NCBI GenBank assembly: GCA_038087875.1
Contig: CM075997.1
Span: forward strand, 62,001 to 126,000
Source of the DNA: Malacoraja senta
Taxonomy: Eukaryota
Direction of reading: 5' to 3'
DNA length: 64,000 nucleotides
The notes under the pieces are model-generated. The model did not search any database and was not told the DNA's origin. It worked only from the letters and a program-made list of their open reading frames with translations. This document shows, piece by piece, positions 1 to 12,844 of the stretch. Position numbers and translations under genes: made by a program. Numbering within the stretch: the stretch's first letter is position 1; the number at the start of each line of letters is the position of its first letter.

Positions 1-1864
1 GCAACGGCAACTTCTCCCGCCCAAATTGCGGGGTTGAAAACGACCCGGAACGGGGCCTGACATCGCCCGGCGCGGCTTTAACGGCCGCGGGACTTGCCAT
101 CGCCCGCCGGGGGCTCCAACATCAAGACCCGGAGCGGGGCCTTACATCGCCCAGCGCGGCCTTAACGGAGTTACCATCGCCCGCCGGGGGCTTTGACATC
201 AGAAGAATGGAAAACAGGGGAGAGACAATGACTTTGCCTTCCATCACAGTGAGGAGGAGATTCACTGTGATGGTGTTTGTGTGAACTGTGTTGGTTGTGT
301 GTCTTGGTAATTGCTTCTTTTTCTTGTATGACTGCAGAAACCAAATTTCGTTTGAACTTCATTTGAGGTTCAAATGACAATAAACTAAATTGTAAATTGT
401 AAATTTCTATATCATCTTTCTGTCTGTCCATTCATAGAAACATAGAAAATAGGTGCAGGAGTAGGCCATTCGGCCCTTCAAGCCAGCACCGCCATTCAAT
501 ATGACCATGGCTGATCATCTAAATTCAGTGCCCTGTTCCTGCTTTCTCCCCATATCCCTAGATTCCGTTAGCCAAGAGCTAAATCTAACTCTCTTTTGAA
601 AACATCCAGTGAATCGGCCTCCACTGCCTTCTGCGGCAGAGAATTTCACAGATTCACAACTCTCTGGGTGAAAAAGTTTTCCCTCATCTCAGTGCTAAAT
701 GGCCTACCCCTTATTCTTAAACTGTGTGACCCCTGGTTCTGGACTCCCCCAACATGGGGAACATTTTTCCTGCATCTAGCCTGTCCAATCCCTTAAGAAT
801 TTTATGTGATTCTATAAGATCTCCTCTCATCCTTCTAAATTCCAGTGAGTACAAGCCCAGTCGACCTATTCTTTCCTCATATGTCAACATTCCCCTCCAC
901 AGATGCTGCCTGACCCACTGAGTTCTTCCTGCACTTTGTGTTTTGCTCAAGATTTCAGCTTCTGCAGTCCCTTGTGTCTCCTAATTCCTACACACTAGGG
1001 ACAATTTTTTTTTTAAACAAAGCCAATTAACCTACAAATCCACACGTCTTTGGAATGTGAGAGGAAACCAGAGCACCGGAGAAAACCCACTCAGTCACAG
1101 GGAGCACGTACAAAAACACACACACACACCGCCCGTAGTCAGGATGGAACCCGGGTCTCTGGCGCTGTAAGGCAGCAACTCTACCGCTGCGCCATCTGAT
1201 TACAAACTGTAAATTAAACTAGAGTGAATTATGTTATACGAGTGTATTATGTTCACTTCTGTTGTTTCTGTGTTGTATGTTATGATGTGTGGTCTGTAGA
1301 AGGGTCTCGACCCGAAACATCACCTGTACCTTCTCTCCAGAGATGCTGCCTGACCCGCTGAGTTACTCCAGCATTTTGCGCCTATCTTTGGTTGAAACCA
1401 GTATCTGCAGTTCCTTCCGACACGTGATGTGTGATATGATACGCAGTGATATTCACTTGTTGCAACCTGTCACACTGTTGATTCTTGCATGGAACATTGG
1501 GTGACTTTTTCCAACCTGTATTACATGAACCTGATACTTTGCTCCACAATATGTCAATCCAAATGAACATTAAAACATAATTAAATCTTCTCCAATGAGT
1601 TTCATAAAATGTGCTGTCTGTTAGGACATGTTTTGTAACAAAGTTAATTCCAACTTCAAGTATAATTGACCTTTAAAAGTATTACAATAAATTGTCATAT
1701 CACTATTCAATACAATGATTCAACTTCACCTGGAATATTTTCATAACATTACATGAACCCAGAACTTGATATTATGGAACACAATGCTATACTGGAGCAG
1801 ATAAAGTCCACAATAGTAATGATCTGCTGTGTATTAAACAATCCTACAATATGTGGAACAGCAG

Positions 1865-2335
1865 CAAACAGCAGGAAAAGACTACAAAAAGTAGTAAACA
1901 CTGCCCAGTCCATCATCGGCTCTGACCTCCCTTCCATCGAGGGGATTTATCGCAGTCGCTGCCTCAAAAAGGCTGGCAGTATCATCAAGGACCCACACCA
2001 TCCTGGCCACACACTCATCTCCCCGCTACCTTCAGGTAGAAGGAACAGGAGCCTGAAGACTGCAACGACCAGGTTCAGGAATAGCTACTTCCCCACAGCC
2101 ATCAGGCTATTAAACTTGGCTCGGACAAAACTCTGAACATTAATAGCCCATTATCTGTTATTTGCACTTTATCAGTTTATTTATTCATGTGTGTATATAT
2201 TTATATAATGGTATATGGACACAATGATCTGTTCTGTAGTCAATGCCTACTATGTTCTGTTGTGCTGAAGCAAAGCAAGAATTTCATTGTCCTATCTGGG
2301 ACACATGACAATAAACTCACTTGAATCTTGAATAT
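1865..2335 (+). mobile_element. Rex1/Babar-like LINE 3' fragment
   Basis: RKRLQKVVNTAQSIIG…DPHHPGH…LPSGRR…RFRNSYFPTAIRLLN plus 3' UTR ending ACAATAAACTCACTTGAATCTTGAAT. Confidence 0.8.
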
Positions 2336-5300
2336 AGAGATCAGGAAAAGGACAAAACTATTTAGTCCATTCTAAGATAGATACTAAATGCTGGAGTAAC
2401 TCAGCGGGACAGGCAGCATCTCTAGAGAGAAGGGTCCAGACCTTTCTTCAGCCTGAGAGTCAGGGGAGAGGGAGGCACATAGATAAGGAAGGATAAGGTG
2501 TGAAAACGAGACATCAAACGGGGTGAAGCTCAAGGAAAATGTCGAATGGATACATACATGTGTGTAGGGCGGTCACGGTGGCGCAGCGGTAGAGTTGCTG
2601 CCTTGCAGCAAAATGCAGCGCCGGAGACCCGGGTTCGATTCCGACTACGGGTGCTGTCTGTGTGGAGTTTGTACGTTCTCCCCATGACATGCGTGGGTTT
2701 TCTCCGAGATCTTCGGTTTCCTCCCACACTCCAAAGACGTACAGGTTTGCTGGTTAATTGTCCAAGTTGGCGATATGCAGAGTACTGCCCTGCCGACTAC
2801 AAAATTCAGAAGCTTCAGATGTAGTGTTTAATTCAAGATTCCAGCATCTGCAGTTTCTCGCGTCTTTATTCCTCTTTGAGAATTATTTCATGTGACCAGA
2901 TACAGTGTGGACCAGATATCATGTGTTAGAGATACAGTGTGGAAACTGGCCCTTCGGCCCACTGAGTCCACGCTGACCAACGATCACCATTCACACTAGT
3001 CCCATGTTATCCCGCTTTCTCATCCGCTCATCCCTGCACACCAGGGGGGAATTTACAGAGGGCCCCGATTAATCCACAAACCTCCACGTCTTTGGCGTGT
3101 GGGAGGAAACCAGAGCACACGGAGAAAACCCACGTCGGTCACAGGGAGAACGTACAAACTCGGTACAGACAGCGCACGTAGTCGGGATTGAACCCGGGTC
3201 TCTGGCGCTGTGAGGCAGCAACTCTACCGCTGACACCGGTATGGGCATATTATAGCCACATACTGAATACACAGTAGAAACCTTTGCTTTGAGTGGAACA
3301 GAGCAAATCATCTCGTACGTGACTACAACAGGTAGTTGCACAAAACATTGTGTAGAGTTGTGGCAGCTACCGAGAAAGTGCAAATTTAAAACACGAATCC
3401 CCTAAATTCCCCCTAGTGTGCAAGGAAATGAAGAGTGCTCATAGTCTTACAGTGTGGAAACAGGCCCTTCAGTCCAACTTGCCCACGCCGACCAACATGC
3501 CTCATCTATACTACACCAGCTACCTACCTGCACTTGGCTTATATTCTTCTAAACCTATCCTATCCATGTATCCATTGCTGAAGAAGGGTCTCGACCAGAA
3601 ACGTCACCCATTCTTCCTTCTCTCCAGAGATGCTGCCTGTCCCGCTGAGTTACTCCAGCTTTTTGTGTCTATCTTCGGTTTAAACCAGCATCTGCAGTTC
3701 CTTCCTACACGCTATCCATGTAGCAGTGAATTTTAAACATGGTTATGGTACCTGCCTCAACTACCGTTTCTGGCTGCTCGTTCCAGATTCCCACCACCCT
3801 ATGTGTACAAACAGTTGCAAGAATAATATTCTGCACTCTGTGTCTTCACAATTGAATAGATTATATATTGTGTCATCTCATCTGACAGGATAGCAAGCAC
3901 AACAAAGATTTCCACTGTAATTTGCACATGTGACTATCATGACTTTCTAGACCCTCTCACCTCACAAGAGGTCACATCAAACCCTCATTGGATATCAACT
4001 CAACTTCTGCAACCAATCTTGCTTCAATAGTTCATAACATTCAGTATCATTAACTTTAATTGATACTCAATGAGAAGTGGATTCAATTAGTGAATAGAGA
4101 CCAAGGAGAAAGCCCGGCTCTTGTTGGTCGTACCCTACCCCAAGGGAGAAGGTCGTGATGTTGGAGGACAATTATCGCAGGAGCTCCTCGGGAAGCCCAA
4201 CCATCTCCGCCAACGTCAGCATTGATCTGAGCTTACTGCAGAAGGAATTCATTCATTATCGTTGGAAACATTAGCGACGCAGTGGTGCTGGTTTCCGACG
4301 GGAACGGTGACGGACGCACCACACATCTCTGTCCTCAGAAAGCAAACGAATGAATCATAATTAATTCAGCAATACTTATAAAAACATTTAATTTTTAATA
4401 TGATTAATTTCTCATCTGAAAGTCGTGTACATTTTACAAAATGATTCGATATCTTACAGTTGTAGATGGAAAATGAATATTTATAGAAGAATTGCAAACA
4501 ATTATATTTATTACATCAAAAAGGCAAACAGAATATAGATAGCGTTCACAATGGACGGCTCGATTGTAATCATGTATTGTCTTTCCGCTGACTGGTTAGC
4601 ACGCAACAGAAGCTTTTCACTGTACCCCGGTACACGGGACAATAAACTGAATGAAACTTGCATCAACATTGAGAATTGCTGTCCATGTCCCTTTGGGATG
4701 TTGATGGGTGATGGTTTCACCAACTCACTGTCCTCTGAACACCCATCTCTCTCGATCTTCCTGTCGTTTTTCAATGACAAGGACAGCGACATTTTTTTTT
4801 AACATTGTTTGACCAATAATTACCCTCAACCAACATTTTGATAAGTTCATAAGTCATGCAAATCATTGATATACAACCACAAAGAACGATGGGCCCAGCA
4901 CCGGTTCCCGAGGCGCGATACAACGCTCCAGCCCGAAAAGCATTGGGCTATTATTTCACAAGGTCGTAAGTCAAGGGTTCCCAACCTGGGGTAAATTTTC
5001 GTCTACCCAGGGGGTAAGTTTGTTGGTAGACAAAATTGCTGGAGAAACTCAGCGGGTGAGGCAACATCTATGGAGCGAAGGAAATAGGCAACGTTTCGGG
5101 CCGAAACCCTTCTTCGGTCTGAAACGTTGCCCATTTCCTTCGCTCCATGGATGCTGCCGCACCCGCTGAGTTTCTCCAGCAATTTTGTCTACCTTCGATT
5201 TTCCAGCATCTGCAGTTCCTTCTTGGGGAAAGTTTGTTGATTCTCCGGGTGCTCGGGTTTCCTCCCACACCCCAAAGACGCGCGGGTTTGTAGGTGAATT

Positions 5301-5999
5301 GGCTTCTGTAAATTGTCCCAAAGAGTGTAGGATAGAGATGATTGTGGTCGGGGTGGACTCGGTGGGCCGAAGGGCCTGATTCCTCGCTGTATCTCCAAAC
5401 TAAACACATCTGCCACCAGAAATGTCCCTGTATATTTTCATTGTCAACCTCTCCTTCTCCCCAACTCCCACAGTGATATCCCAGGGATAGTGAGTGACAA
5501 AAACTGTTCATGTTGTCCGTGCTCCTCAGTGTTCGACAGTGACACCAGGTGTTCCAACCCTCAAACTGCTCTCTCCACTTAACAAGCAGGAGAGAGCAAG
5601 TTTTATAAGTATCCATTTGACGGACAGAAGTTAAAAAATATTACTCAACAAATTATTCATGAATCTCCTGAGGCCCAATGAGTGGTGAGTCAATAGTTTA
5701 AACAAGTACTCACTGGAATGTAGGTTGATTCCAACTATCCTGTAGATTTGCTTCTTCCACCATTTTGGTTTTATGCCAATGGAAACCGAATATAGGGCTT
5801 AACTACACTGGGGCAGCCCGGTGGCGCAGCGGTAGAGTTGCTGCCTCACAGCGCCAGAGACCCGGGTTCGATCCTGACTTCGGGTGCTGTCTGTACAGAG
5901 TTTGTACGTTCTTCCCGTGACCGCGTGGGTTTTCTCCTGGTGCTCCGGTTTGCTCCCACACTATAAACACGTGCGGGTTAATTGCAGGATAATTGGCTG

Positions 6000-6000
<1 letters not shown>

Positions 6001-6073
<73 letters not shown>

Positions 6074-6154
6074 GTGTGCGTGTGTGTGCGTGTGTGTGCG
6101 TGTGTGTGCGTGTGTGTGCGTGTGTGTGCGTGTGTGCGTGTGTGCGTGTGTGCG

Positions 6155-6186
<32 letters not shown>
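6001..6186. repeat. (TG)n/(TGCG) microsatellite expanded inside a V-SINE
   Basis: Direct reading. Confidence 0.95.
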
Positions 6187-6623
6187 ATAGTGATAGTGTA
6201 CGGGGTGACCGCTGGTCGGCCCGGACTCGGTGGGCCGAATGGCCTGTTTCCGCGCTGTATCTCTAAACTAAACTAAACAAGGTCAAAGGGAGAAAGTTTA
6301 AGGGAGATTTTCAGGTCAAAACATAGAAAATAGGTGCAGGAGTAAAGCTATTCGGCCTTTCGAGCCAGCACCGCCATTCAATATGATCATGGCTGATCAT
6401 CCAGAATCAGTACCCCGTTTCTGCTTTCTCCCCATATCCCTTGATTCCGTTAGCCCTAAGAGCTACATCTAACTCTCTATTGAAAGGGAATAAGTTTTAT
6501 CTTATACAGAAGATGGTAGAGGCTTGGAAAGCGCTACCAGGAGCGTTGTATGGCATGGTATGGGACTTTATTCCTCACATGTAGCGAGGTACAGTGAAAT
6601 TCTATATTGTACTGAACTGTATA

Positions 6624-7521
6624 GGGAGGTTTCACGGCAGTCGGGTCACGACCCATGACGCGTACAGTTGCTACGCTACGCCAAGTGGAGTACACGCGAT
6701 GAACTGCAGGTAAGCACTGCCCATTGTTTCCAGCGTAGCGGGCCCGTTAAAACCCGCCGAAATTGTCAATTTTTGCGCTGTAAATAATTATGGAAATCGG
6801 GATAAGCGTGAGAGACATTTAGCCTACTTCAGAATTCAAAAAGTGAGGGGAAATGACGGTAGATAGAAGCGAGAGCTGAAGGGACAACAACAGCCAGAGT
6901 GCTTGGCGAACATTGGCCGTTTGCTCACTGCATTTCATCAACTAAGGCATTATTTGTGTTTTTTCTTGATTGCTTTGGCATCTAAAAAGTTTCAGAAGGG
7001 ATAAATCTGGCTGTAAAATTTTTAAATCGCCCATGGTTCTCAAGTGGGTTTTGACATACAAAAATAAAACACCTCTGAAGCAAAATTTACAACCAGATTT
7101 ATCACTTCTGAGACTTTTTAGATACCAAAGGAATCAAGAAAAAACCCAAATAATGCCTTACTGTTGAAGAAATGCAGTGAGCAAACGTGATAAATCCCAA
7201 TATTTTCAATTCCGATATCTGCACGGCCAATGTTCGCCAAGCACTTTAGCTGCTGTTGTCCCTTCAGCTGTCGCTTCTCTTTACCTTCATTTCGCTTCAC
7301 TTTTGGAATTCTAAAGTTGGGTACGTGTCTCTCACGCTTACCCCGACTTCCACAATTTTTTACAGCGAAAAAATTCAACATTTTGGTGGGTTTTAACAGG
7401 TAGGAAAGTACGCGTTTCAAGCATTAATAACATATACCGGAAGTTACGTATGTCCTCCAGATGGATTAAGCGGCTCCGTGTGTCAAGCCCTATGACCCGG
7501 TGACCTTACGTGCAACCCCCC
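6624..7521. mobile_element. Non-autonomous foldback DNA element (MITE-like)
   Basis: Imperfect TIRs GGGAGGTTTCACG / CGTGCAACCCCCC flanked by TATA on both sides (6620-6623, 7522-7525); long internal inverted arms ~6744-7020 vs ~7083-7400. Confidence 0.75.
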
Positions 7522-8099
7522 TATACAAAAACATTATTTCACTGCTCCTCGGTGCACGTGACAAATAGCATCCCGTACCATACCATACACCACTCCTGGC
7601 ATCGTGTTCCAGGTGCATGTTAGTGAGCAGTTAAAGTTTTTTTTAATATAGGCACATAAATAGACATGAAATAGAGTGATATGGGACACATGCAGTTAAA
7701 GATTAGTTTAGATAGACACAAAAAGCTGGAGTAACTCAGCGGGACAGGCAGCATCTCTGGAGAGAAGGAATGGATGACGTTTCGGGTCGAGACCCTTCTT
7801 CAAGTTAGTTTACGCAGGCATTTTGTACAGCACAGACATTGTGGGCCGAAGGGCCTCTTCCTGTACTGTTCTATGTTTTATTTTATCATACATGTCGTCA
7901 TTCACTGGAATTACCGGTTTAATTACATCCGAATTTCTGACAAAAAATTATCTTTTATTTATCGTAGACACAAAATGCTTGGAGCAACTCAGCTGCCCAA
8001 GCGAAATACGAGATGCTGTTCCTCCAATTTGCGTGTGGCCTCAATCTGACAATGGAGGAGGCTCAGGACAGAAAGTTGCCCTCTCCCCTGCCTCTCAGT

Positions 8100-8127
8100 C
8101 TGAAGAAGGGTCTCGACCCGAAACGTC
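8100..8127 (+). ncRNA. Minimal hammerhead-ribozyme-like motif in a PLE terminal repeat (representative copy)
   Basis: CTGAAGA A GGGT-CTCG-ACCC GAAA CGTC: CUGANGA core, stem II, GAAA, palindromic ACGT helix III and GUC cleavage triplet. Other intact copies: 8531-8558(-), 18383-18410(+), 33207-33234(+), 34761-34788(-), 53227-53254(-), 61383-61410(-). Confidence 0.65.
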
Positions 8128-8616
8128 ACCCATTCCTTCTCTCCAGAGATGCTGCCTGTCCCGCTGAGTTACTCCAGCATTTGGTGTCTGTCTTCTGTGT
8201 AAACCAGCATCTGCAGTTCCTTCCTACATATTTTATTTATCAGCAGTTTTGTGAACAATTTTGTCGAAGTCAAAGAGTGAGACAGCGTGGAAACTAGTCC
8301 TTCGGCCCATCATGCCCATGCAAACCAACATGCCCCATCTACACTGGTCCCACCTGCCTGCATTTGGCCCATATCCCTCTAAACCCGTCCTATCCATGTA
8401 CCTGTCCAAATGTTTTTCAAATGTTGGAATAGTGCGATAGAATTTGAGTTATCAATGTTAATTTAGAAGGTGGACAAAAATGCTGGAGACTCAGCGGGTG
8501 AGGCAGCATCTATGGAGCGAAGGAATAGGTGACGTTTCGGGTCGAGACCCTTCTTCAGACTGTTACTTTAGATAACGTTTCCATGTTGAAAGGAGGGAGT
8601 TTAAATTATACAGCAA

Positions 8617-9060
8617 AGGTACACAAAAATGCTGGAGAAACTCAGCGGGTGCAGCAGCATCTATGGAGCGAAGGAAATAGGCAATGTTTCGGGCCGAAAC
8701 CCTTCTTCAGACTGATAGGGGGTGGGGAGAAGAAAGGAAAAAAGGAAAAAAGGCGGAGGAGGAGCCCGAGGGCTGGGGGATGGGAGGAGACAACCTGAGG
8801 GCTGATGAAGGGGAGGGGACAGCAAGGGCTAGCAGAATTGGGAGAATTCAATGTTCAAGCCCCGAGGATGTAGACTGCCCAAGCGGAATATGAGGTGCAT
8901 TTCCTCCAATTTCCGGTGTTGCTCGCTGTGGCCATGGAGGAGACCCAGGACAGAGAGGTCGGATACGGAATGGGAGGGGGAGTTGAAGTGCTGAGCCACC
9001 GGGAGGTCAGGTTGGTTATTGCGGACCGACCGGAGGTGTTCGGCGAAACGATCGCCAAGC
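8617..9060 (-). mobile_element. Penelope-like element 3' fragment: C-terminal part of GIY-YIG endonuclease plus terminal repeat
   Basis: Translation LGDRFAEHLRSVRNNQPDLPVAQHFNSPSH…LEEMHLIFRLGSLHPRGLNIEF* (RxxEH, VAxHF, GLN motifs typical of PLE GIY-YIG domains). About 120 nt downstream lies the same CTGAAGAAGGG…GAAAC…GATGCTGC…CTCCAGCA repeat found throughout the window. Confidence 0.85.
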
Positions 9061-11839
9061 AACGTAGTTTCGGTTATTGTCCTCCCCAGCTGTACACAGT
9101 TCACATTTTATTTCTTCCAAGAAGGATTCCGACCCCAACTATTGTCTATTTCCCTCCACAGATTCTGCCTGACCCACAGAGTTCCTCCAGCACTGTGTTT
9201 TTTGTGCAAGTTTTGCCGCATCTTGTGTCTTCAAATGAAATTCACAGGTTGGATGGAAACAACGATGAGAAAGGTGCAGAAATACTAACTTTGATCAATA
9301 TACCTCCACCAATGTAAAGCACTTTGGTCAACGAGAGTTGTTGCGTTGCAGGCTCGAAGGGCCGAATTGCCTACTCCTGCACCTGTTTTTTGTGTTTCTA
9401 TACGAGGGTCGGTACCGTGCCTATTATACAAGAATCGAAACTACCAGATGCGGTAACAGGCACTGGTATAATTACAGTATCTTTGCTTTCAATCAGCAGG
9501 TTACCAGACCCCAAACGTGAGCCACAGTCCATGGTTTACACAAGCTAATTTTATGAGCTTTGTATTTCTATTTAGTTTAGAGATGCAGCGTGGAAACAGG
9601 CCCTTCGGCCCACCGAGTCCGTGCCGACCAGCGATCACCCGTTCCCACTAAGTTCTATGTTATCCCACTTTCTCATTCGCTCCCTACACACTGGGGGGCA
9701 ATTTACAGTGGCCGAATCTGCACGTCTTTGGGATGTGGGAGGAAACCGGAGCACCCGGAGAAACCCCACGCGGGTCAGGGGGAGAACGTGCAAACTCCGT
9801 ACAGACAGCGCCCGTGGTCGGGATCGAACCCGGGTCTCTGGTGCTGTGGGTAGCAGCTCTACCCGCTGCACCACCATGCTGTAGAAATGGACTATTATAC
9901 TATGTGTGTATCATTGCGGTACAGGTTGGTTAAGCTGCAGCAGGTAACAATTTCACTGTCCCATTGGCGGTACACACGACAATTAAACACACAAGTATTA
10001 CAATCCTGAAGAAGTACTTCTGAAGATGCTGCCTCACCCGCTGAGTTACTCCAGCACTCTGTGAAACGTCACCTATCCATGTTCCGGCAGCATCTATAGA
10101 GCGAAGGAAATAGGCAACGTTTCGGCCCGAAACCCTTCCGGGTTTCGGCCCAAAACATTGCCTATTTCCTTCAGGGTTTCGGCCCGAAAGGTTGCCCATT
10201 TCCTTCGCTCCACAGATGCTGCCTGACCCGCTGAGTTACTCCAGCACTCTGTGAAACGTCACCTATCCATGTTCTCCACAGATGCTGCCTGTCCCGCTGA
10301 GTTACTCCAGCACTTTGCGCCTTTTTTTTAGGTAAACAACATCTGTAGTTCCTTGTGCCTCATATAATCTGAGCTTTTGGGGCAGCATGCAACACCAAGG
10401 CTTTTCACTGTACCTCTGTACACAATAAATCACAATAATTAAAACTGAACTTAATCCCAGCGAGGCTTACAGAATCTGGGAAGACAGACGCAAAAAGCTG
10501 GAGTAACTCAGCGGGACAGGCAGCATCTCTGGAGAGAAGGAATGGGTGACGTTTTGGGTCGAGACCCTTCTTCAGACTGAGAGTCAGATAAAGTGGAATG
10601 GGGCGGGGGGGGGGGGAGACAGACTGGTCGGAGAACTGGGAGGGGGAGGGATGGGTGGAGAGGATACAGACCAGGCAGCATCTGTGCGGAGAGAGAAACA
10701 CAGAATGGGAATGAAGGAGGAAGGACGGGAACAAGTTGCAAGTGAGGTGCCTTGTGTCTAACGCATTGCTGTGGACGGGGATTCTGAAATGGGTCGGGGG
10801 CGACAGAGGGGATGGCCATCGCCTCTGCCCTTGCGATGAAATACCGACCAAATCGTTCAAAGCAGAAACCCCTCCGCGCCTGTGATTAAACGTTTCAGAT
10901 CGAACACCCTTCATCAGAACTGAGAAAAAGATAAATCGAAAAGTAGACACAAAATGCTGGAGTAACTCAGCGGGACAGACAGGCAGCATCTCTGGAGAGA
11001 AGGAATGGGTGACGTTTCAGCTCAAGACGCTTCGTTAGACTGACACTTCAGACAGACGAAGAAGGGTCTCGACCCGAAACGTCACCCATTCCTTCTCTCC
11101 AGAGATGCTGCCTGTCCCGCCGAGTTACTCCAGCATCTTGTGTCTGTCTTCGGTGTAAACCAGCATCTGCAGTTCCTTCCATCAACATAGATCATTGTTA
11201 ACTAGGAGAAAGTTACATGTGAGCAAACAGAGATAGCGTGTAAGGGGGGGGGGAGAGAACTGGGAAGGGGAGGGATGGAGAGAGAGGATACAGACCAGGC
11301 AGCATATGTGGGGAGAGAGAAACACAGAATAAAACGACGTCCTCTGAGTGAGGGCTATATGTATGTATTTATGTGTGTACTTAATCTATGAACCACTGTT
11401 GTATAACGTTAGTACCTCCACCAATGTAAAGCACTTTGGTCAACGAGAGTTGTTTTTTAAATGTGCTATACAAATAAAAGTGACTTGACTTGACTTGAAA
11501 ATCACCACATTAACCAAGAACGGCTGGTCTTTTCCCACAGATGCCGACCGACCACCCGAGTGTCGCCAGCAAATTGTTTCAACTTCCAACTTCTGAAGTA
11601 GTAAAACCAGTTGTAAAAATGATCACAATCTTTCTGCCTTTAGTTGTGAACCCGAACATTGGCTTTAATCGTGAAAAGGTTCCACATACCTCGTTAGGAA
11701 CAAACAGAACGGTTTCCAACACTGACACTATACAGAGAACGGGTCTGCCTTTTAAATAACTTATACCCTTTATACACTGGTTAGTAAAGTGAGACTTTGC
11801 ATCGGTTATCTACACAATAAATAGTCCGGGTTGGAGGAT

Positions 11840-12844
11840 TCAGAGGACGAGGGGGCTGAAGGGGGAGTTTGGGATCTGGTTGGGGAAATAAGGGCAGAGG
11901 AAGCCGGCGTTTGTTCTCCCGAAATCCTCGCTGTGTTTGAGGAGAGGGGGGTTGACGCCAGTCGGGGAAGCGGAGGGGAGAGGTAACGGTGTGAAATAGT
12001 AGCTCGCCTGGCCGCTCAGTAGGTTGACGGGGCAGGCTCTGTAAGTGGCCGGGGAGCAGGTGGCCAAGGCGGTGGCGGCCGCCGACACCTGCCGGTGAGC
12101 CGGCCCGAACGGGAAGTCTCCGAGGGCGGCCAGTCTCTCGGCTCCAGGGCCCAGCTGGTGGGACAACACGGCGGCGTAAGATGGACACTGGTCCGGGTAC
12201 GGCGATGAAGCGGCGAAGCTGAAAGCGGGGCCGGGGTGAGCCTGGTGCAAGGAGAGCAGAGGAGAGACGGGCCAGTACAAGGAGCCGGCCAGCGCCAAGC
12301 CCGGGCTGGTCAGCCTGCCCCCCCGCCTGAAGGCCAGCTTGGCCCGGGTGGTCGTGGACCTTCTCCGCAGCTTTCCCGTCGAGCCTCCAATAAACACATC
12401 ATCGCTGGAAGGGTCAAGCATCCAGTAGTTGCCCTTGCCCGGGTCGTCGAAGTGCCGTGGGACTTTGACGAAGCACTTGTTTAGGCTCAGGTTGTGTCTG
12501 ATGGAGTTCTGCCAGCCTTGTTTGTTGTCCTTGTAGTAGGGGAAGTTGCCCATGATGAACTCGTAGATGGAACTCAGAGTCAACCTCTTGTCTCGGCTCT
12601 GGCGAATGGCCATCATGATCAGAGCGTTGTAACTGAAAGGAGGCTTTTCGTATTTTCCTCCCTCTTCCTTCTCTCCATCTCCTCCCTCCTTGTCCGGGCT
12701 CTGCAGCGTCCCAGCCGCGTGTTGTCCACCCGCCTTGTCCCCCTCTACCCTCGGCTCCAGCTCTTCACCCGTCACCGTGTCGGGAAGGAGGTTCTTGATG
12801 GTGAAGGACCTTCTGTGGACCAAAACTTCATTCCGATCTTCCAT
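11840..12844 (-). CDS. Forkhead box G family transcription factor, divergent FoxG1 paralog (FoxG2/FoxG3-type), intronless, 334 aa
   Basis: First ATG of the ORF is at 12844 in strong Kozak context (GCCATGG); the ORF-track start at 12862 is TTG. N-terminus MEDRNEV...SFTIKNLL resembles the FOXG1 N-terminus/eh1 motif. Complete forkhead domain [17 protein letters not shown]...[35 protein letters not shown], followed by the FoxG-specific [18 protein letters not shown] and [14 protein letters not shown]. Confidence 0.93.
   Translation of the reverse strand: MEDRNEVLVHRRSFTIKNLLPDTVTGEELEPRVEGDKAGGQHAAGTLQSPDKEGGDGEKEEGGKYEKPPFSYNALIMMAIRQSRDKRLTLSSIYEFIMGNFPYYKDNKQGWQNSIRHNLSLNKCFVKVPRHFDDPGKGNYWMLDPSSDDVFIGGSTGKLRRRSTTTRAKLAFRRGGRLTSPGLALAGSLYWPVSPLLSLHQAHPGPAFSFAASSPYPDQCPSYAAVLSHQLGPGAERLAALGDFPFGPAHRQVSAAATALATCSPATYRACPVNLLSGQASYYFTPLPLPSASPTGVNPPLLKHSEDFGRTNAGFLCPYFPNQIPNSPFSPLVL

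Noticed and set aside
1..400. CpG-rich internally repeated segment at the window start
   Set aside because: Ends in a GACAATAAA-type retroelement tail; treated as the 3' part of a repeat, not a CpG-island promoter.
11434..11440. miR-9-like seed site (ACCAAAG on -) downstream of the FoxG gene
   Set aside because: Lies in a LINE-tail-like repeat also present at ~9301-9343, and inclusion in the UTR is unknown.
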